Assembly (NCBI GenBank): GCA_964016885.1
Contig: OZ024740.1
Coordinates: forward strand, 62,496,001 to 62,560,000
DNA from: Eledone cirrhosa
Taxonomy: Eukaryota
Direction: 5' to 3'
DNA length: 64,000 bases
The notes below the pieces were generated by a model. That model was not told the DNA's origin, searched no databases, and saw only the letters and a program-made list of their open reading frames with translations. Every line of letters starts with the position of its first letter. Position 1 is the first letter of the stretch. The position numbers and the translations under genes are program-made. Below, one piece after another: positions 38,597 to 53,739 of the stretch.

Positions 38597-40560
38597 ATGG
38601 AAGCTATTACCACAGGTAACGATGACACGCCCACTAAACAAACTGAAGGAGAGCCGGTAGCTGAGGCAACAAGCCACCCTACTGAAAGAATAATGATTAT
38701 TAGAAACATTGAAAAAATGGAACCTAACCCTAATGAAAAAAATGTGAAAAAAATTAACTCGGAGAAATAGCCAAAATTAATGGATGACGTTTCGACTTTT
38801 CACGGCGCCACGCCCACCAGCAAAGGTGAAAGAGAAGTAGTAGCTGTGACTACAAGTCTCTCGGATAATGAAAATATAAGTGAAGATTTTGAAAAAATGG
38901 AGTCTAACCCCCCCCCCAAAAAAAATGTGAACGAATACACCAACATAAATAACACAAACACAACAAAAACAACTTTCGCACAGACAACAAAAAAATCTAT
39001 CATATATACACCTATTGACTTAACTGCCGCCAGAGAGAAACTGACAGAAGCAAAAAAGCACATAGTCTTGGGGGAGAACGGAATGTTTTCCATTAATTCC
39101 CCTCCAGAATTCAAGAAAACGAGACTAGAAAACACTGTTCTGTTTAGAACAGTCCTAAACCACACGAGAAAGCCAGCACAGCCCAGCCAAATGGAGATAG
39201 AGTTGGTCCTAAAATACCATATGAAGAATATTCTCTTCATACGAAAGGACCGACTCTATGGCAGCATTTCTGTTTTAACAAAAGACAAGGAAACAGCACA
39301 GAGGCTTTCCCTAATCCCACTCACATCAACAGCATACAGTTTATATCCCTCCTACATGGGCAGAAGAACTCAGAGAGTCAAAATACAGACAATGCTGCCC
39401 ACAATGGACTTCTGGTGGGCTATTGCTGGCTTCATAGACATGGGCGAGGACACAGTGCTGTCAATGGGGAAGGCATCTGGAGATGCGTTCCTGGGAATGG
39501 GCCTCGACCTACTAGTCCAAATGAGGCCCGAAAGAATAGCGCAAATCCCGGATCGCATCTGGCTGGATGACCTCACCCCAATATATATAATTGTAGAGGG
39601 GAGAAGACCAGCATACTATTCATGCACGGAAAGAGGACACGTTAAGGCTAACTGCCCGAATCGTATCCCCCAAAAAGGACTATTGCCCACACCCACCACA
39701 AACACTACACCAACACCACCCACCTCCAAAAATACACTAATACCACACACAGCAAACAAAATACAGACACCACCAACCACAAGCACAACACAAACATCAC
39801 CACCACCATCACCAACCACAAGCACGACACAAATATCACCACCACCACCACAAAACACATTCCAAACAAATAATACAAAAAACAGCAACAAATCTACCCC
39901 TCCCGCAAAAAAACAACAACCAGACACCACGTCCCTCCCACCTAGCGCTGAAGAGTTCCCCCAACTTCTGAAGAAGAAGGAGGAGAAGCCTTCAGACAAG
40001 TTAAAAGAAAAAAACGAAAGCACACACCCAGCACACCACAACAACAAATAACCCACACACAAACACCAACTCCAATCAAAAACACCCCACCCTCGACAAA
40101 CAAAAATAAATCTGCGCCTCCCCCCTTCGAAACATTGACAGCATCACAAAAAAAGACTTTACAATACACATATATAAATAAAGAAAACAAAAAACTGTTT
40201 AAATTAATAAACAATAGCCCTTTGGTGCAGACCGAAGGGCCAAACTTTATCTCAACAGAGAACTTCACCCATTTAAAAATGGTAAAGGTCCCTCTGGACC
40301 TTTATCGTTCCTTAAAAGAACAATTTAAACAGGACGTGAGCCCCCCCCCCCCTGTTTAAAATCGTTAAATCGCGTCCTCTTGAAATATTTCCCCATAACC
40401 TCCCCTCTCCCTGACACAACTCCAAATACCCCAACCCCACCACACTCGGATACCCCACACCACCACAAAACATCCCTCCACCCAACACACCCGACTCCAT
40501 GGAAATTACACAGCCCGGAGAGGTAGGTGCTTTTCTTTCTTCACTTTCAACACCAAAATA
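38597..40560 (+). pseudogene. Tx1 ORF1 (gag-like; degenerate zinc knuckle, Thr/Pro-rich tail)
   Basis: ATG at 38597, in-frame TAG at 38768, 423-aa ORF with YxxCxxxGHxxxxCP, later frameshifts; end approximate. Confidence 0.75.
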
Positions 40561-40566
40561 GATCAA

Positions 40567-43500
40567 TTGAGAGTTGGCTGTTTGAATGCGCGTGGCCTGG
40601 GCTCAGCTTGGAAGCAAGCAAAGCTTCTAAGTGACCTCAGGTCACGAAGTATAGATGTGATGGTTGTTTGCGAGAGTCGGATCAGCAGCGTGCGACAGCT
40701 GGCTCCCGCCTTCGATGACTTTGAGATGCACGCATCTCTCTGTCAACCCGGAGGCGGGGGTGGGGTTGCCGTACTGCTGGATAAACGTCTGGCTCTCGAC
40801 GTACAGATTGTTTACTCGGACCCGGGGGGTCGATTACTGGTGCTGGACGTCGGAGGCGGTGAAGGCGGGGCTTTCAGACTGGTCGGTCTTTATGCCCCCT
40901 TCGGGGCGGAAAGAGCCGACTTCTTCCAGCGTCTGGAGACTTTTCTAGGAACGTCGCGTTCCCTGCTTTTAGTGGGAGACTGGAATGGAATCCTAGATGC
41001 GCGTTGGGACTATGCAGGGGCATGTCCCGATAGAGGGGGGTGTAGCAGCCTCAAAGGGTTACTCTATCGATTCGACCTGGTCGATAGCTTTCGACTAGAT
41101 TTTCCAACTGTGCCAACCTAGACCTGGGCAAACCGCAGTGGTCAATCTAGATCGTACCTAGATAGGTTTTTGGTTAGGAGTAAGGATAGGGACGTATTTA
41201 GTTGTCCAGAATTGCTCATGGCTGGCTATTCAGATCACAAATTAGTGACCTGCGTGGTCAACCTTGATAGAACGCATAAACAGGGCCCCGGTTACTGGAA
41301 GATGAACTTGTCCTTGCCGGCAAAGGAAGCTTACAGGAACCGGATTAGTAGTTTAGTTAAGATGCGGTTGATGGGAGCGATCGTCAACAGCAGGTGGTGG
41401 GTATCTCTAAAGAGAGAGATTAGAGTAAGTTCGATAGGTTACAGTAAGGAACTAGCGGCGAATAGAAATAGGAGGGAAAGGGAGTTGACAGATAAACTAG
41501 AAGAGGCGATTAGGAGCGGAGACGTGGCCAGAGTGTTAGCGTCGAGAACGGCGTTGAGCCAGTTCTTTGACGCGAAGCACGAAGGCTGCGTTGTCCGAAG
41601 TAAAATACGTGCTTTAGGAAACGAGGGGACCAAAGCTGTTAGCTGGGCCCGCGTGACAGAAGCCAAGAGTGGGATTAAATCCACCATTCGGTCTTTGCGA
41701 GACCAGGATGGACGGGTGATCATTGAACCTGAGCGGATGTGCGAGGCCTTTCAAAGGCACTTTGCTCGACTGTTCGGAGGGGGCGGGGGGCCGGACGGGG
41801 ATGTGGACTTCGGTCCATACCTCGACGGTCTACCGCGTCTTTCGAGCGGCGAAGAGGAGTGCTGCGAAAGGCAAATCACAGCCACTGAAATCGGGGAAGC
41901 GCTCAGCCAATGCAGCAGACTCAAATCTCCGGGTCTCGATGGTCTACCATACGAACTTTATTTAGCTATGCCGGTCTTGTTCTCCGAACTCCTCGAGGCT
42001 GTCTATTGCAACTGGCAACAGAACGGGAGAATTCACTGTTCTGTGACCAAGGGCGTAGTCACGCTAGTGAGGAAGGACGAGAGGAAGGGGGACGACTTAA
42101 GTAACTTTAGGCCCATAACCCTGCTGAATGCAGAGTTACAGATTTTGGCCAAGGTGTTAGCGAAGAGGTTGGCGCTTGTGGTGGGTGGCTTGGTGGGAGA
42201 CGCGCAGACATGCGCTATCCCGTCCAGGTCCATTCACGACAACCTCCACCTCATGCGATACATCGTAGAGAGGGTTGGGAACGAACCCGGCTTTGGTGGG
42301 GCCCTGATCAACTTGGATCAATCTAAGGCGTTCGATAGGGTCGACCATGGTTACCTGGATGCGGTGCTAGCGGTGGCGGGCTTCGGACCCGTTTTCAGGG
42401 GCTGGATTTCTGCCATGCACAGTGGCAACGTCTGCTCTAGGGTTAAAGTAAACGGCTACCTCTCGGAACCGTTTCAAATCACCCGGTCCATCAGGCAGGG
42501 GTGCCCCCCTCTCCTCCCTTCTGTACGTATTGGCTCTCGAGCCACTGCTGCGGAAGTTGGAGTTGCTGCGGGGCATACCCCTGGAACCGGGATTGCACAA
42601 AGCGGTCTCGGCCTATGCCGACGACGTAACAGTAATGGTGGCGGACGCCTCGGAAATCGGGGCGTCGCCACCCTACTGGAGGAATACGAAAGGCTGACGG
42701 GAGCTAGGCTGAACCGGGACAAGTCAGTCGGTTTGCAACTCGGAACGTGGAGGGGCAAACCGATGCCATTAGACGGTGTCGTCGGACGGTGGACGGAGGG
42801 CCCGGTGAAGCTGCTCGGGGTCTGGTTCGGACCGGACCTCCAGGTGGAGAAGAATTGGGGCGAGGTGACGAGCAGGGTGTTTGCGCTAACCAAGAAGTGG
42901 GCCAAGTGCAAACTATCACTGAAAGGTCGGGCGGAGGTGGCGAACGCTTACATAGCGTCCGTCATCAATACCGCCTGACCGTCGTGCCATGCCCTAAGGA
43001 AACGCTCACCATCATGGAGCGCATGCTCTTCCAGTTCCTCTGGAAGAAGCGGCCTCCCATGGTGAGGAGATCCATCTGCTGCCAGCACCCTTCGAAAGGA
43101 GGGCTGGGTATGCCGTGGCTGTTGATGCGCAGACACGCATTGAGGCTACGGCATCTACAAGTATTCCTCACCGGTCAGCCGGTGTGGGCCCCGTTTGTGA
43201 GGCGAGCCTTCCCACAGCTCGTCTCGCTCACCGAGCTGCAATCCTGGGTGAAGCAAAGACCGAGAAAACTGGGCAACTGGCACACCGAGTGTGCCCAGGC
43301 GCTCACGGCTCTCTGGCAAGCGGACCCGACTATCAGTGGAGAATCCACCTCGACATTCTATAGAGGGCTGGTGGCTAGCAGGGGCGACGACACCCTTGGA
43401 GAGTCGCTAGGCATGGAGGAGGACGAACTGGCCAGCCTGTTCGGTAGAACTTTCGGCCCGGGACCCATGGACAACTTCTAGAGGTCCCTAGCCTCGCAGT

Positions 43501-43994
43501 GCTACCGGGGGGCTCTGCCCGTTCGAGAAAAGCTCTACAGACACGGGCGCCCGGGCAGGGATTCCGCGAAAAAGATCTGTCCCAGATGCGTGTGCGACGA
43601 GGAAACCGTTGCGCACGCACTAGTACACTGCCCAGGCGTTGCCGATCTGTGGGGCTACGTCGAACGACTGCTGTCGCGTGTGGCGCCGATTCGATTGGCC
43701 GCCGAGTCTGTGGTGAACATCAAGCCGCCTCCTCCCTTCAGAAATGAAGCAGAGGCGGTCTTTCTGTGCGTAATAGCCATGATGAAAGAGGTTGTGTGGT
43801 GGACGCGCCTGAAAGGTCTGAGGTCGGGTGACTTTCTCTCCGGCCAACACCTGGTTTACTTCTTCCGATACCACTTCGGAAGAAGGATCAGGATGGAGAG
43901 AGAAGTGCTTGGCCCCAGACAGTTTTATGAAAGGTGGGTGAAAGAAGCGAGAATGGCTCCTGTAAATGGGCCTTCTCTCTACATTGTTCTGTAG
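40567..43994 (+). pseudogene. Tx1 ORF2: APE endonuclease, RT, C-terminal CCHC finger; several stops and frameshifts
   Basis: CLNARGL, CESR, LYAP, GDWN, SDH; SPGLDGLP, NFRPITLLN, DQSKAFD, RQGCP, YADD (shifted frame); CPRCVCDEETVAHALVHC. Confidence 0.92.
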
Positions 43995-44262
43995 GTGAAG
44001 AAGTGAAGAGGAAAGGGGGAGCGCCCCCTCTCTGGGCTTCCCCCGCGAAAAGGGTTGCACACTTTTCGGGGGTATGTGCAATCCCCAACACACCCCCTCC
44101 CTTTTGAGGACTTTTTATTATTATATTATTATTGTTATTCTTTTTTTTCTTTACTCGATTTATGTAAACTCCCCCACTGTGTATTTGTCCCCTTCTTTTG
44201 TGCCCTCGTGGCAAATAAATAGAAATCTATCTATCTATTTATCTTCTATCTATCTATCTATC

Positions 44263-45382
44263 ACCGTGGCTGACGATGCGCAAACACGCGCTCAGCTGCA
44301 GAATCTCTACGTATTCCTCACCGGACAACCGATGTGGGCCCCGTTCGTGAGGCGAGCCTTCCCACGACTCGTCTCGCTGACCGAGCTGCAGTCCTGGGTC
44401 AAGCAAAGACCGAAGAAAATGGGTGATTGGCACATCGAATGTGCTCAGGCGCTCACAGCCCTCTGGCAGGCGGACCTGGCGATCAGTGGAGACTCCACTT
44501 CGTCATTCTATAGAGGGTTGATCTGCAGAAAGTGCAACAACGCGCTCGGTGAAACTCTAGGCGTAGAGGAAGATGAACTGGCCAGTCTGTTCGGTAGGAC
44601 CTTCCGCCCGGGACCGATGGACAACTTCCAAAAGTCGCTGGCCTGTCAGTGCTACCGAGGAGCTCTACCAGTTCGTGACAAGCTCTACAGACATGGGCGC
44701 CCGGGCAGGGACCCTGCAAAAAAGATCTGTCCGAGGTGCGTGCGAGACGAAGAAACCGTCGCGCACGCATTCATACACTGCCCGGGCGTTACCGACCTGT
44801 GGGCCTATGTAGAACGACTATTGTCGCGGGTGGGACCAATCCGGTTGACCACCGAGTCCATTGTCATGATCAAACCGCCACCCTCCTTCAAAAACGAAGG
44901 AGAGGCGGTTTTCCCGTGTGTGATAGCTATGGCGAAAGAGGTTGTATGGTGGACAAGATTGAAAGGGCTGGGGTCAGACACCTTTCTCTCCGGCCAACAA
45001 CTGATTCTTTTTTTCAAATACCACTTTGGAAGAAGAATCAGGATGGAGAGAGAGGTGCTGTACCCCAGCAAGTTTTATGAAAGGTGGGTGAAAGTGGCGA
45101 GAATGGCCCGAGTGAATGGGCCTTCTCTCTATATCAGCCTGTAGGTTGAGGAAAAGGAAGAGGAGAGGACGGGAGTACAAACTCTTTGTACTCCTGGAGA
45201 TGAGGGTTGCACATTTTTTCGGGGGTATGTGTTACCCATATGAACTGTCTTCCCCTATTGGGAAAATCGACTAATTTTTAAATTGCATTTGTGATAATAT
45301 TTTACACGTTTTTATTGTATGTAAACTTCCTCCTTTGTATTTGTCTCCTTCTTTTGTGCCCCTGTGGCTAATAAAGAAACAT
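44263..45382 (+). mobile_element. L1/Tx1 copy 3, 3' fragment
   Basis: ORF2 C-terminus with CCHC finger and the copy-1 type 3' UTR; ATCT repeats on both sides. Confidence 0.9.
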
Positions 45383-45393
45383 ATCTATCTATC

Positions 45394-46177
45394 ACCGTGG
45401 CTGACGATGCGCAAACACGCGCTCAGGCTGCAGCATCTTTACGTATTCCTCACCGGACAACCGATGTGGGCTCCGTTCGTGAGGCGAGCCTTCCCACGAC
45501 TCGTCTCGCTGACCGAGCTGCAGTCCTGGGTCAAGCAAAGACCGAGGAAAATGGGCGACTGGCACATCGATTGTGCTCAGGCGCTCACAGCCCTCTGGCA
45601 GGCAGACCCGGCGATCAGTGGAGACTCCACTTCGTCATTCTATAGAGGGTTGATCCGCAGAAAGTGCGACAACGCGCTCGGAGAAGCTCTGAGCGTAGAG
45701 GAAGACGAACTGGCCAGTCTGTTCGGTAGACCTTCCGCCCGGGACCGCTGGACAACTTCCAAAATCCCTGGCCTGGCAGTACTACAGAGGAGCTCTACCA
45801 GTTCGAGACAAGCTCTACAGACATGGGCGAAGAATCAGGATGGAGAGAGAGGTGCTATACCCCAGCAAGTTTTATGAAATGTGGGTGAAAGTGGCGAGAA
45901 TGGCCCGAGTGAATGGGCCTTCTCTCTATATCAGCCTGTATGTTGAGGAAAAGGAGGAAGAGAGAAAAGGGGTACAAACTCTTTGTACTCCTGGAGATGA
46001 GGGTTGCACATTTTTTCGGGGGCATGTGTTACCCATATGAACTGTCTCCCCCTATTGGGGAAAATCGATTAACTTTTAAGTTGCATTTGTGATAATATTT
46101 TACACGTTTTTATTCTATGTAAACCCCCCTTTGTATTTGTCTCCTTCTTTTGTGCCCCTGTGTCTAATAAAGAAACA
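45394..46177 (+). mobile_element. L1/Tx1 copy 4, 3' fragment with internal deletion
   Basis: Same 5' breakpoint as copy 3 (ACCGTGGCTGACGATGCG) and same 3' UTR type. Confidence 0.9.
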
Positions 46178-46323
46178 TATCTATCTATTCATCTCTCTCT
46201 CTCTCTCCCTCATATATATATATATCCATTCATATTCATGCATGCACGTGTGTATGTATATATGTATGTGTGTATGTATGTTTGATGTATGCATGCATGA
46301 ATGTACATATATATACATTCTAT

Positions 46324-46362
<39 letters not shown>

Positions 46363-46434
46363 CATACATTCATACATACATACATATATATATACATATA
46401 TATACATATATATGTATATATATGTGTGTGTGTG

Positions 46435-46760
46435 TTGGACTTTCGTCAGTTCCGACAAGTGTTCCGGCTGTTCGAACAATGGAAGAGCCTGCGCTTGAAA
46501 AATATGGTGCAAATGGTTGAGCATTCTACAGACACGTGCACCCTTGACATAGTTCTCAAAGTGATTCCGCATAATACAATTGTGTGAGATATCTGCCCTT
46601 TTGAATTAAAGTAATAATTCATTTTTGCCAGCTGAGTGGATTGGAGCAACGTGAAACAAAATGTCTGTTCAAGGACACAACCTGCTGTCAGATCCAAGAA
46701 CCAAACTCACGCCCTTGCGATCATGAGTTTAGCACCTTAACCACTAAGCCAGGCACCTCA
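46435..46760. mobile_element. Old SINE remnants: interspersed repeat (+, 46435-46608) and CORE-like SINE head (-, 46620-46760)
   Basis: First part resembles 49370-49535; second part resembles the 35790-35921 head and CORE-like region. Confidence 0.55.
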
Positions 46761-46870
46761 ACAAAAAAATAAAGCAACAAAAAAAAAAACAAGAAATCCA
46801 CATGTTTCGTTGTACAATCTTGTCTGACAAGACTCGATAGCAAAAGAAGTGTTGTCTCTGAAACATTTTC

Positions 46871-46970
<100 letters not shown>

Positions 46971-47014
46971 ACACATACACCTAATATATATGTAGGTATG
47001 CATGCCGAGAATCA

Positions 47015-47448
47015 TTCGGTTTCCTAGTTAGAATTTTAGTCTACGACTTCAGTTATACCATTTACGTGGTTTTGTCTTTGCGTGCAATTGTTCTCTCCGC
47101 TCCACATATGACGTATTATCTTCGTGTTTTCCGTTCATTGCCAGAGAACGTCTCTATAAACCACCTAATAGAACATTAGTCTACGACCTCTTTTATACCA
47201 TAAACGTGGATTTGTCTTTGCATGTAATTGTTTTTCACTGCTCCTATTAATGACGTATTATATTCATTTTTTCCCGCCTGGGAACGTTTCCACGAACCAA
47301 AGTATTGTCTTTCGTCTTCCTCCGGTTGCAACGTTTTTTGAAATATTCACCTCTGCGTTCACAGATTGACTTTGTTAGTTTCAGAAGATCCCGTTAAGGG
47401 TGAAAGCAGCGATTCTTTGCTTAAACTTTAATCTGTTATTTTAATAAA
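47015..47448 (+). mobile_element. Solo Penelope terminal repeat, same family as 8163-8600, with hammerhead-like fold at 47377-47427
   Basis: Reverse complement of 8163-8600 including the internal ~150-bp duplication; ends AATAAA(TA)n. Confidence 0.85.
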
Positions 47449-47460
47449 TATATATATATA

Positions 47461-47560
47461 TATTATCTGATGAAAGCGCACCAAGGTTGGCTTGGTTTCC
47501 CTTGAAATATAATAAAATAAATATGGTTTTATAAATATAGTTTCCATTTATTTAATATCA
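47461..47560 (+). mobile_element. Short hammerhead-bearing repeat, same family as the 20533-20900 arms
   Basis: TTATCTGATGAAAGCGCACCA...TGGTTTCCCTTGAAATATAATAAAATAAATATGGTTTT between (TA)n tracts. Confidence 0.7.
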
Positions 47561-48838
<1,278 letters not shown>

Positions 48839-48875
48839 AATAAATAAATATATAAACATAAATAAACATACACAC

Positions 48876-48920
<45 letters not shown>

Positions 48921-49369
48921 ATAAAATATGTTCAGTTCAGCATTGATTCCAATTAGGTATATATACATATACGTAATTTCCATTGATAAAAGCATTTGAT
49001 GCATACTTTTATAAAGTAACATAAAACACGCTCTCTCTCTCTGCCTATCTGTCTGTCTCTCTTTCTCTCTTTCTCTCTCTGTCTGTCTGTCTGTCTCCCT
49101 CTCCCTATGTCTGTCTGTCTCTCTTTCTCCCACCCCCCCACCCCACATTCACACACACACAAAGAATTCGTGAGGTTATTATTTCTTAATATCCCACTAT
49201 TGGAATGGTTTTTGTTCTGTAGTGTAATTTTAGAATCATGCATTCTACTATTTGTTCTATAGATAAAGATTTTGTAAGCCGTTCAAAATTAACATCATGC
49301 ATCATGCCTCATAGTGTTCAAGCATGGTGTTTGTTCTGCAGTGGAAAATAGATAAAGTGGATCTACATC

Positions 49370-49790
49370 GATTTCGATGATGAGTTGTCCAGTTCTTCGA
49401 TCAGTGGAACAGCCTGCTCATGAAATTAACGTGCAAGTGGCAGAGCATTCCACAGACACCTGTGTATTTAATGGAACTTTTAGGGAGATTTAATGTAACA
49501 TAGTGTGTGACAACACCAGCCCTTTGTATTACAGGTAGAGTCTATCCGATAGGTTTTCAAACAGTTTCTGTATACGTAGTTTTACTCATAAGGCCTCCGC
49601 CGAGGCCTTCGAATTACAGATACAGTTTATTCGATGGGTGTTTAACAGTTTCTAACTACCCTATTTCGCTCATAAGACTTGGTTTGATCCATCACTATGT
49701 AAAATGCCACTTGCACAAGAAGCCACGCAGTGGGATCGAAAACGAAACCGTATGATTGTGAAGAGAATTATTTAAACATTTGGCTATGCT
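49370..49790. mobile_element. Old SINE remnants
   Basis: 49370-49535 resembles 46435-46608; tRNA-like head on the minus strand at about 49690-49790. Confidence 0.45.
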
Positions 49791-50920
49791 TCATTCACCT
49801 ACATAGCGTTACAGAGGTTCTGTAAGATAGGATTTTTATATCGTACATTAGGCACCTTCTACTGGTGCTTGAGATATATAATGTTCATTGTTTAAACCCT
49901 AATGTACATGATTTATGTAATCTTACGTTAAATTGAACATGTTGCATATTACAGGCCATTTCGGATGTCTCTTGGAAAGAGCATCGAACAAAATGAAGAC
50001 TGTACAGCAATTTGTTTTCAATTAGTGATGTAATTAGAAGTAATCAAATCCGCTTTGCTGAATGGCTAAGCTCTCAATTGTGACATACTCCAATGGACAC
50101 CCCGAGATGGCTATACATCTTACATAAACATCTGAAAAGTCTGTCAGATTCCCACAGGAAACACTTCAATTGAATATAGTTTCTGTTTAAATTTTCATAC
50201 CGTGGCTTATAAACTGTAGTTATACCCACATTAAATTTAACAGATTTTCTAATATACGGTGAATTGGGCATACATATTTTTCCTCACACACACAGACACA
50301 CGAACATACATACATACATGCACGCACAAACGTACACACACATATTCATATATGTAATTATACAATTGGATAAGAGATTTAGGAAATTAACAAAAATGAA
50401 TGAAATCACACACGAAACCATTCATCAGCTATCGTCTAGATCCTTACGAATTCGACACCTAAATCGGCACCTAATTCGGAAACTAGCAATGCTGACAGCA
50501 TGACTATACATAAATATAACAATATCGGTTTCAACACACGATTTCACATCAAGAATCTTGCAAAATAAATACATGAAATCCTATTCATTTTATATAAAAA
50601 TGACTTCTATTGGACTAGAACTGTTTCATTTGTATGAAATATAATTATGTGTGTGCATTTGTGTGTGCATGTGTATGACAATTCAGATTACCATAAAATC
50701 TATAGCTATAAAACCTTTAATATAGCACAAACAACTGGTATTTTATAAAGTTCAATATATGATTACTGCACTTACTCCCGAACGCACTCTAAAATATCTA
50801 CATTAGACGTATTCCGTTTACAAGTCCGTAATAATATATTTACGACTTTGATCATAAAAGCTAAATTAAGACAATATAATCTATTAAATGAATTCATTCA
50901 GACCATGAATGCAACATCAT

Positions 50921-51095
50921 AATTGTTTCTACTTTTGGCACAAGGCCAGCAATTACCCAGTACATTACTGGTATTTTATTTTATCGACCCCGTAAGGATG
51001 AAAGGCAAAGTTAACCTCGGCGGGATTTGAACTCAGATCGTAAAGGGACGTAACTACGCTGGAAAGCATGTCTGACCCTCTACCAATACTGCCAA
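50921..51095 (-). mobile_element. SINE (Meta-domain-like)
   Basis: Family consensus. Confidence 0.85.
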
Positions 51096-52056
51096 TGCCC
51101 CATCATAATGATTCTATATGTATTATATAAAAATATTCAGCTTCCCAGATGAATATTCCAACATAGATGAAAACAAAGACTGGTGGAGCCAACTTGACTG
51201 ATGTAAACCCTTGTAATGGTGAAGCCTTTACCAAGAAAGGTTACCATCAACTGGAACATCATCACACTGACAGCCGGAAAAATGTAAGCGAGTATCATAT
51301 ACTCTTCTCAATGTCACTCTCCGCGTACTTGCCATCTGTCCGCCGGGGCTGTGGGGAGGCCACCAATATGATTGACTGACTTGTCATTTATCAGTCAGAT
51401 ATTACATACTTATGCATACAGCATGTACCTAAGAGTCTTTGTTTTACCCTCCGTTTCCTCTCGTTTAAGATACTTCTTTATAAAAACTGTTAACCTGTTT
51501 ATTTATTTTGAAATTTTGTGGAGAAAATTTGAACATCAAAGATTGGCAAGGATTGAACTTTAACAAATAAACCACTAAATTAATAAATATATACAGATGA
51601 AAAACAAGAAGCTGATATACTTCATTATCAAGGAGATAAACATAGAGTGACGGAGGATTAGAGAAAAGGCATCTGCTACACATGTCAAGATGACAAAGAT
51701 CAGAAATGTTATATCCACTTTTAGAAGTTTCAGTTAAAATGTATTTGTAAAGGAAAAACAAAGAAATTATTTTTCAACCATTTTAAAACCACACCACAAG
51801 TTATTTATAGAATATGTATGTGTGTGCGAGTGTGCGTATGTGTGTGTGTGTTAGTGTGTATTATGTGTGTGTGTGTGTTGTGTGTATGTGTGTTATCTGC
51901 ATTTACCATTCAGTTTTCAAAGGTCAGTCCACTACTTGGTCCCGGCGGGCAGAATGGTGAAAAACATTGCCTCGGTGCATGTATTATATTAAAGTTAGTG
52001 TTTTTGTGGCGTAAAATCTGTCAAACTGTGTAAAGGGAATGTTAAGTCTGTGTGTG

Positions 52057-52153
<97 letters not shown>

Positions 52154-52257
52154 AGCGGTAGAAAGGTGATGTGTGTGTGAGTTAGAATGTAATTTTCATA
52201 GAAAAAAGATAGAAATTATTTTTTCACCATTCTAAAATTATGCCCATAGCCTATTTA

Positions 52258-52311
<54 letters not shown>

Positions 52312-52744
52312 AAGAGAGAGAGAGAAGAAGAGAGAGAGAGAAGGAGAGAGAAAATTAGTTATTTGTTCAAGTTATTCGATATATTTCGTTACATATTACA
52401 TATATTGAGATATATTTTTATATTTCACTGGATATATTCATATATGGAACAGAGCTATTTAATTAGAAATTGAACAACACAAAATATAACTACTTCATTA
52501 CTAAAGGTTTCTGGATCACAGACGATAATAATATACGTCTGGATCGGTCGTCAGACGGAGATGTAGTGGTGGTGATAGTAGAAGTAGAAGAAGAAGAAGT
52601 AGTAGTAGTAGTAAGCATTCATCCTTGTTGTGTAAGCATTCATCCTTTGAATCATAAGAATTTGTTTACAGATTTTGAACGCTCCAGATATCGGAACCAC
52701 CTGTAGCTTATAAATTAAGGAGCTACGCCTTTTCTCCACAAATT

Positions 52745-53650
52745 TCAGTAAAACTTTGGTCCCGGTGGGTTGGTATATAAGCTACAGCGCCAATAATACT
52801 GGGTTTGAAGTTTGGGTGCTGAATCTGCAAACTCCTCATCAATTATCTGTAGATATCCTCCTCTTTTCTTATTACATTGACATCGTGTACGCAGCTGACT
52901 TCTACAACAGACAATGTTTTTGTGTGGTCCCAAACAGCAATTTCAGACTGGTTGTATATCGATTTGGTGGCGGTATTTATTTTTAGGTCAGTCTCAACAT
53001 ATTCCACATTGTTTGTTTTTATTTTCATCTTCCGTAATGCATTCCAGATTGTTCTAGCTATCACATCATGCCTCATGGGGAGGTAGTAATGAGAAAACAT
53101 TCTTTCACGGTAATAATGTGGCTAACATCTTCGGTGCTTGGCTTGCACAACCTACATTTATTGTCAACTGATGACTTTCCTCTTTTGTGCAGTAGTTACT
53201 TAGTTGGGATTTCTTGTTCCTAGATTACATGGAGATATCTTTTAAGGTAGAATGTTGCAAAGTTGTCGGAAATCCTTGTCAGGGTTTTAGTAGGGTTTGT
53301 CCCTTCTATGGTCTGTCGTTTTCGTCTCAAGTACCTATGTACGACATTCTCAGTTAATTTTGCTCGAGTATTAGTGTCTTCCATGTTCCTGAGAGAAAGA
53401 TTTGTGTCAGCTTTTATTTCATATCTCTCCTTTAGATCAATGACTACCCTAACAATAGCATTATTCTCATGCTAATAAACCTGGGCGAAATGGCTGCTGA
53501 CCTGTTTCTTCTGTTGAAGATGTGTGTTTGTAGGTTCTGGTTTTATTATTTTATAAATTTTCACCAATAGAGAGAAAGCCGATTTCTAACATAGAAACAA
53601 GACTCTTTCATTGGAATTTAAACAACATCAACTAGGTAAATAAGTATGTA
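52745..53650 (-). mobile_element. Decayed R4/Dong-clade fragments (RLE region about 52745-53330; 3'-UTR-like copy about 53533-53650)
   Basis: YLPMRHDVIAR...IAVWD..KTLSVVEVSC similar to ORF 55231-55764; 53533-53650 similar to 55007-55120. Confidence 0.7.
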
Positions 53651-53739
53651 TGTCTGCATGAGTTTGAGTAGTAGCCAAGAATCAATCATAGCTTTTTACC
53701 AAGATTTACGAGGGTGTATAAAATCGATTCCACATTCAG

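Larger units (their letters stand above)
38390..44225 (+). mobile_element. L1/Tx1-clade LINE copy 2, full length but disabled
   Basis: 5' UTR, ORF1, ORF2 (EN-RT-CCHC) and 3' UTR, flanked by (ATCT)n. Confidence 0.92.

Noticed and set aside
51500-52045. Possible piggyBac C-terminal cysteine-rich remnant (KGICYTCQDDKDQKC)
   Set aside because: No open frame, no DDD region, and no clear TIR or TTAA duplication
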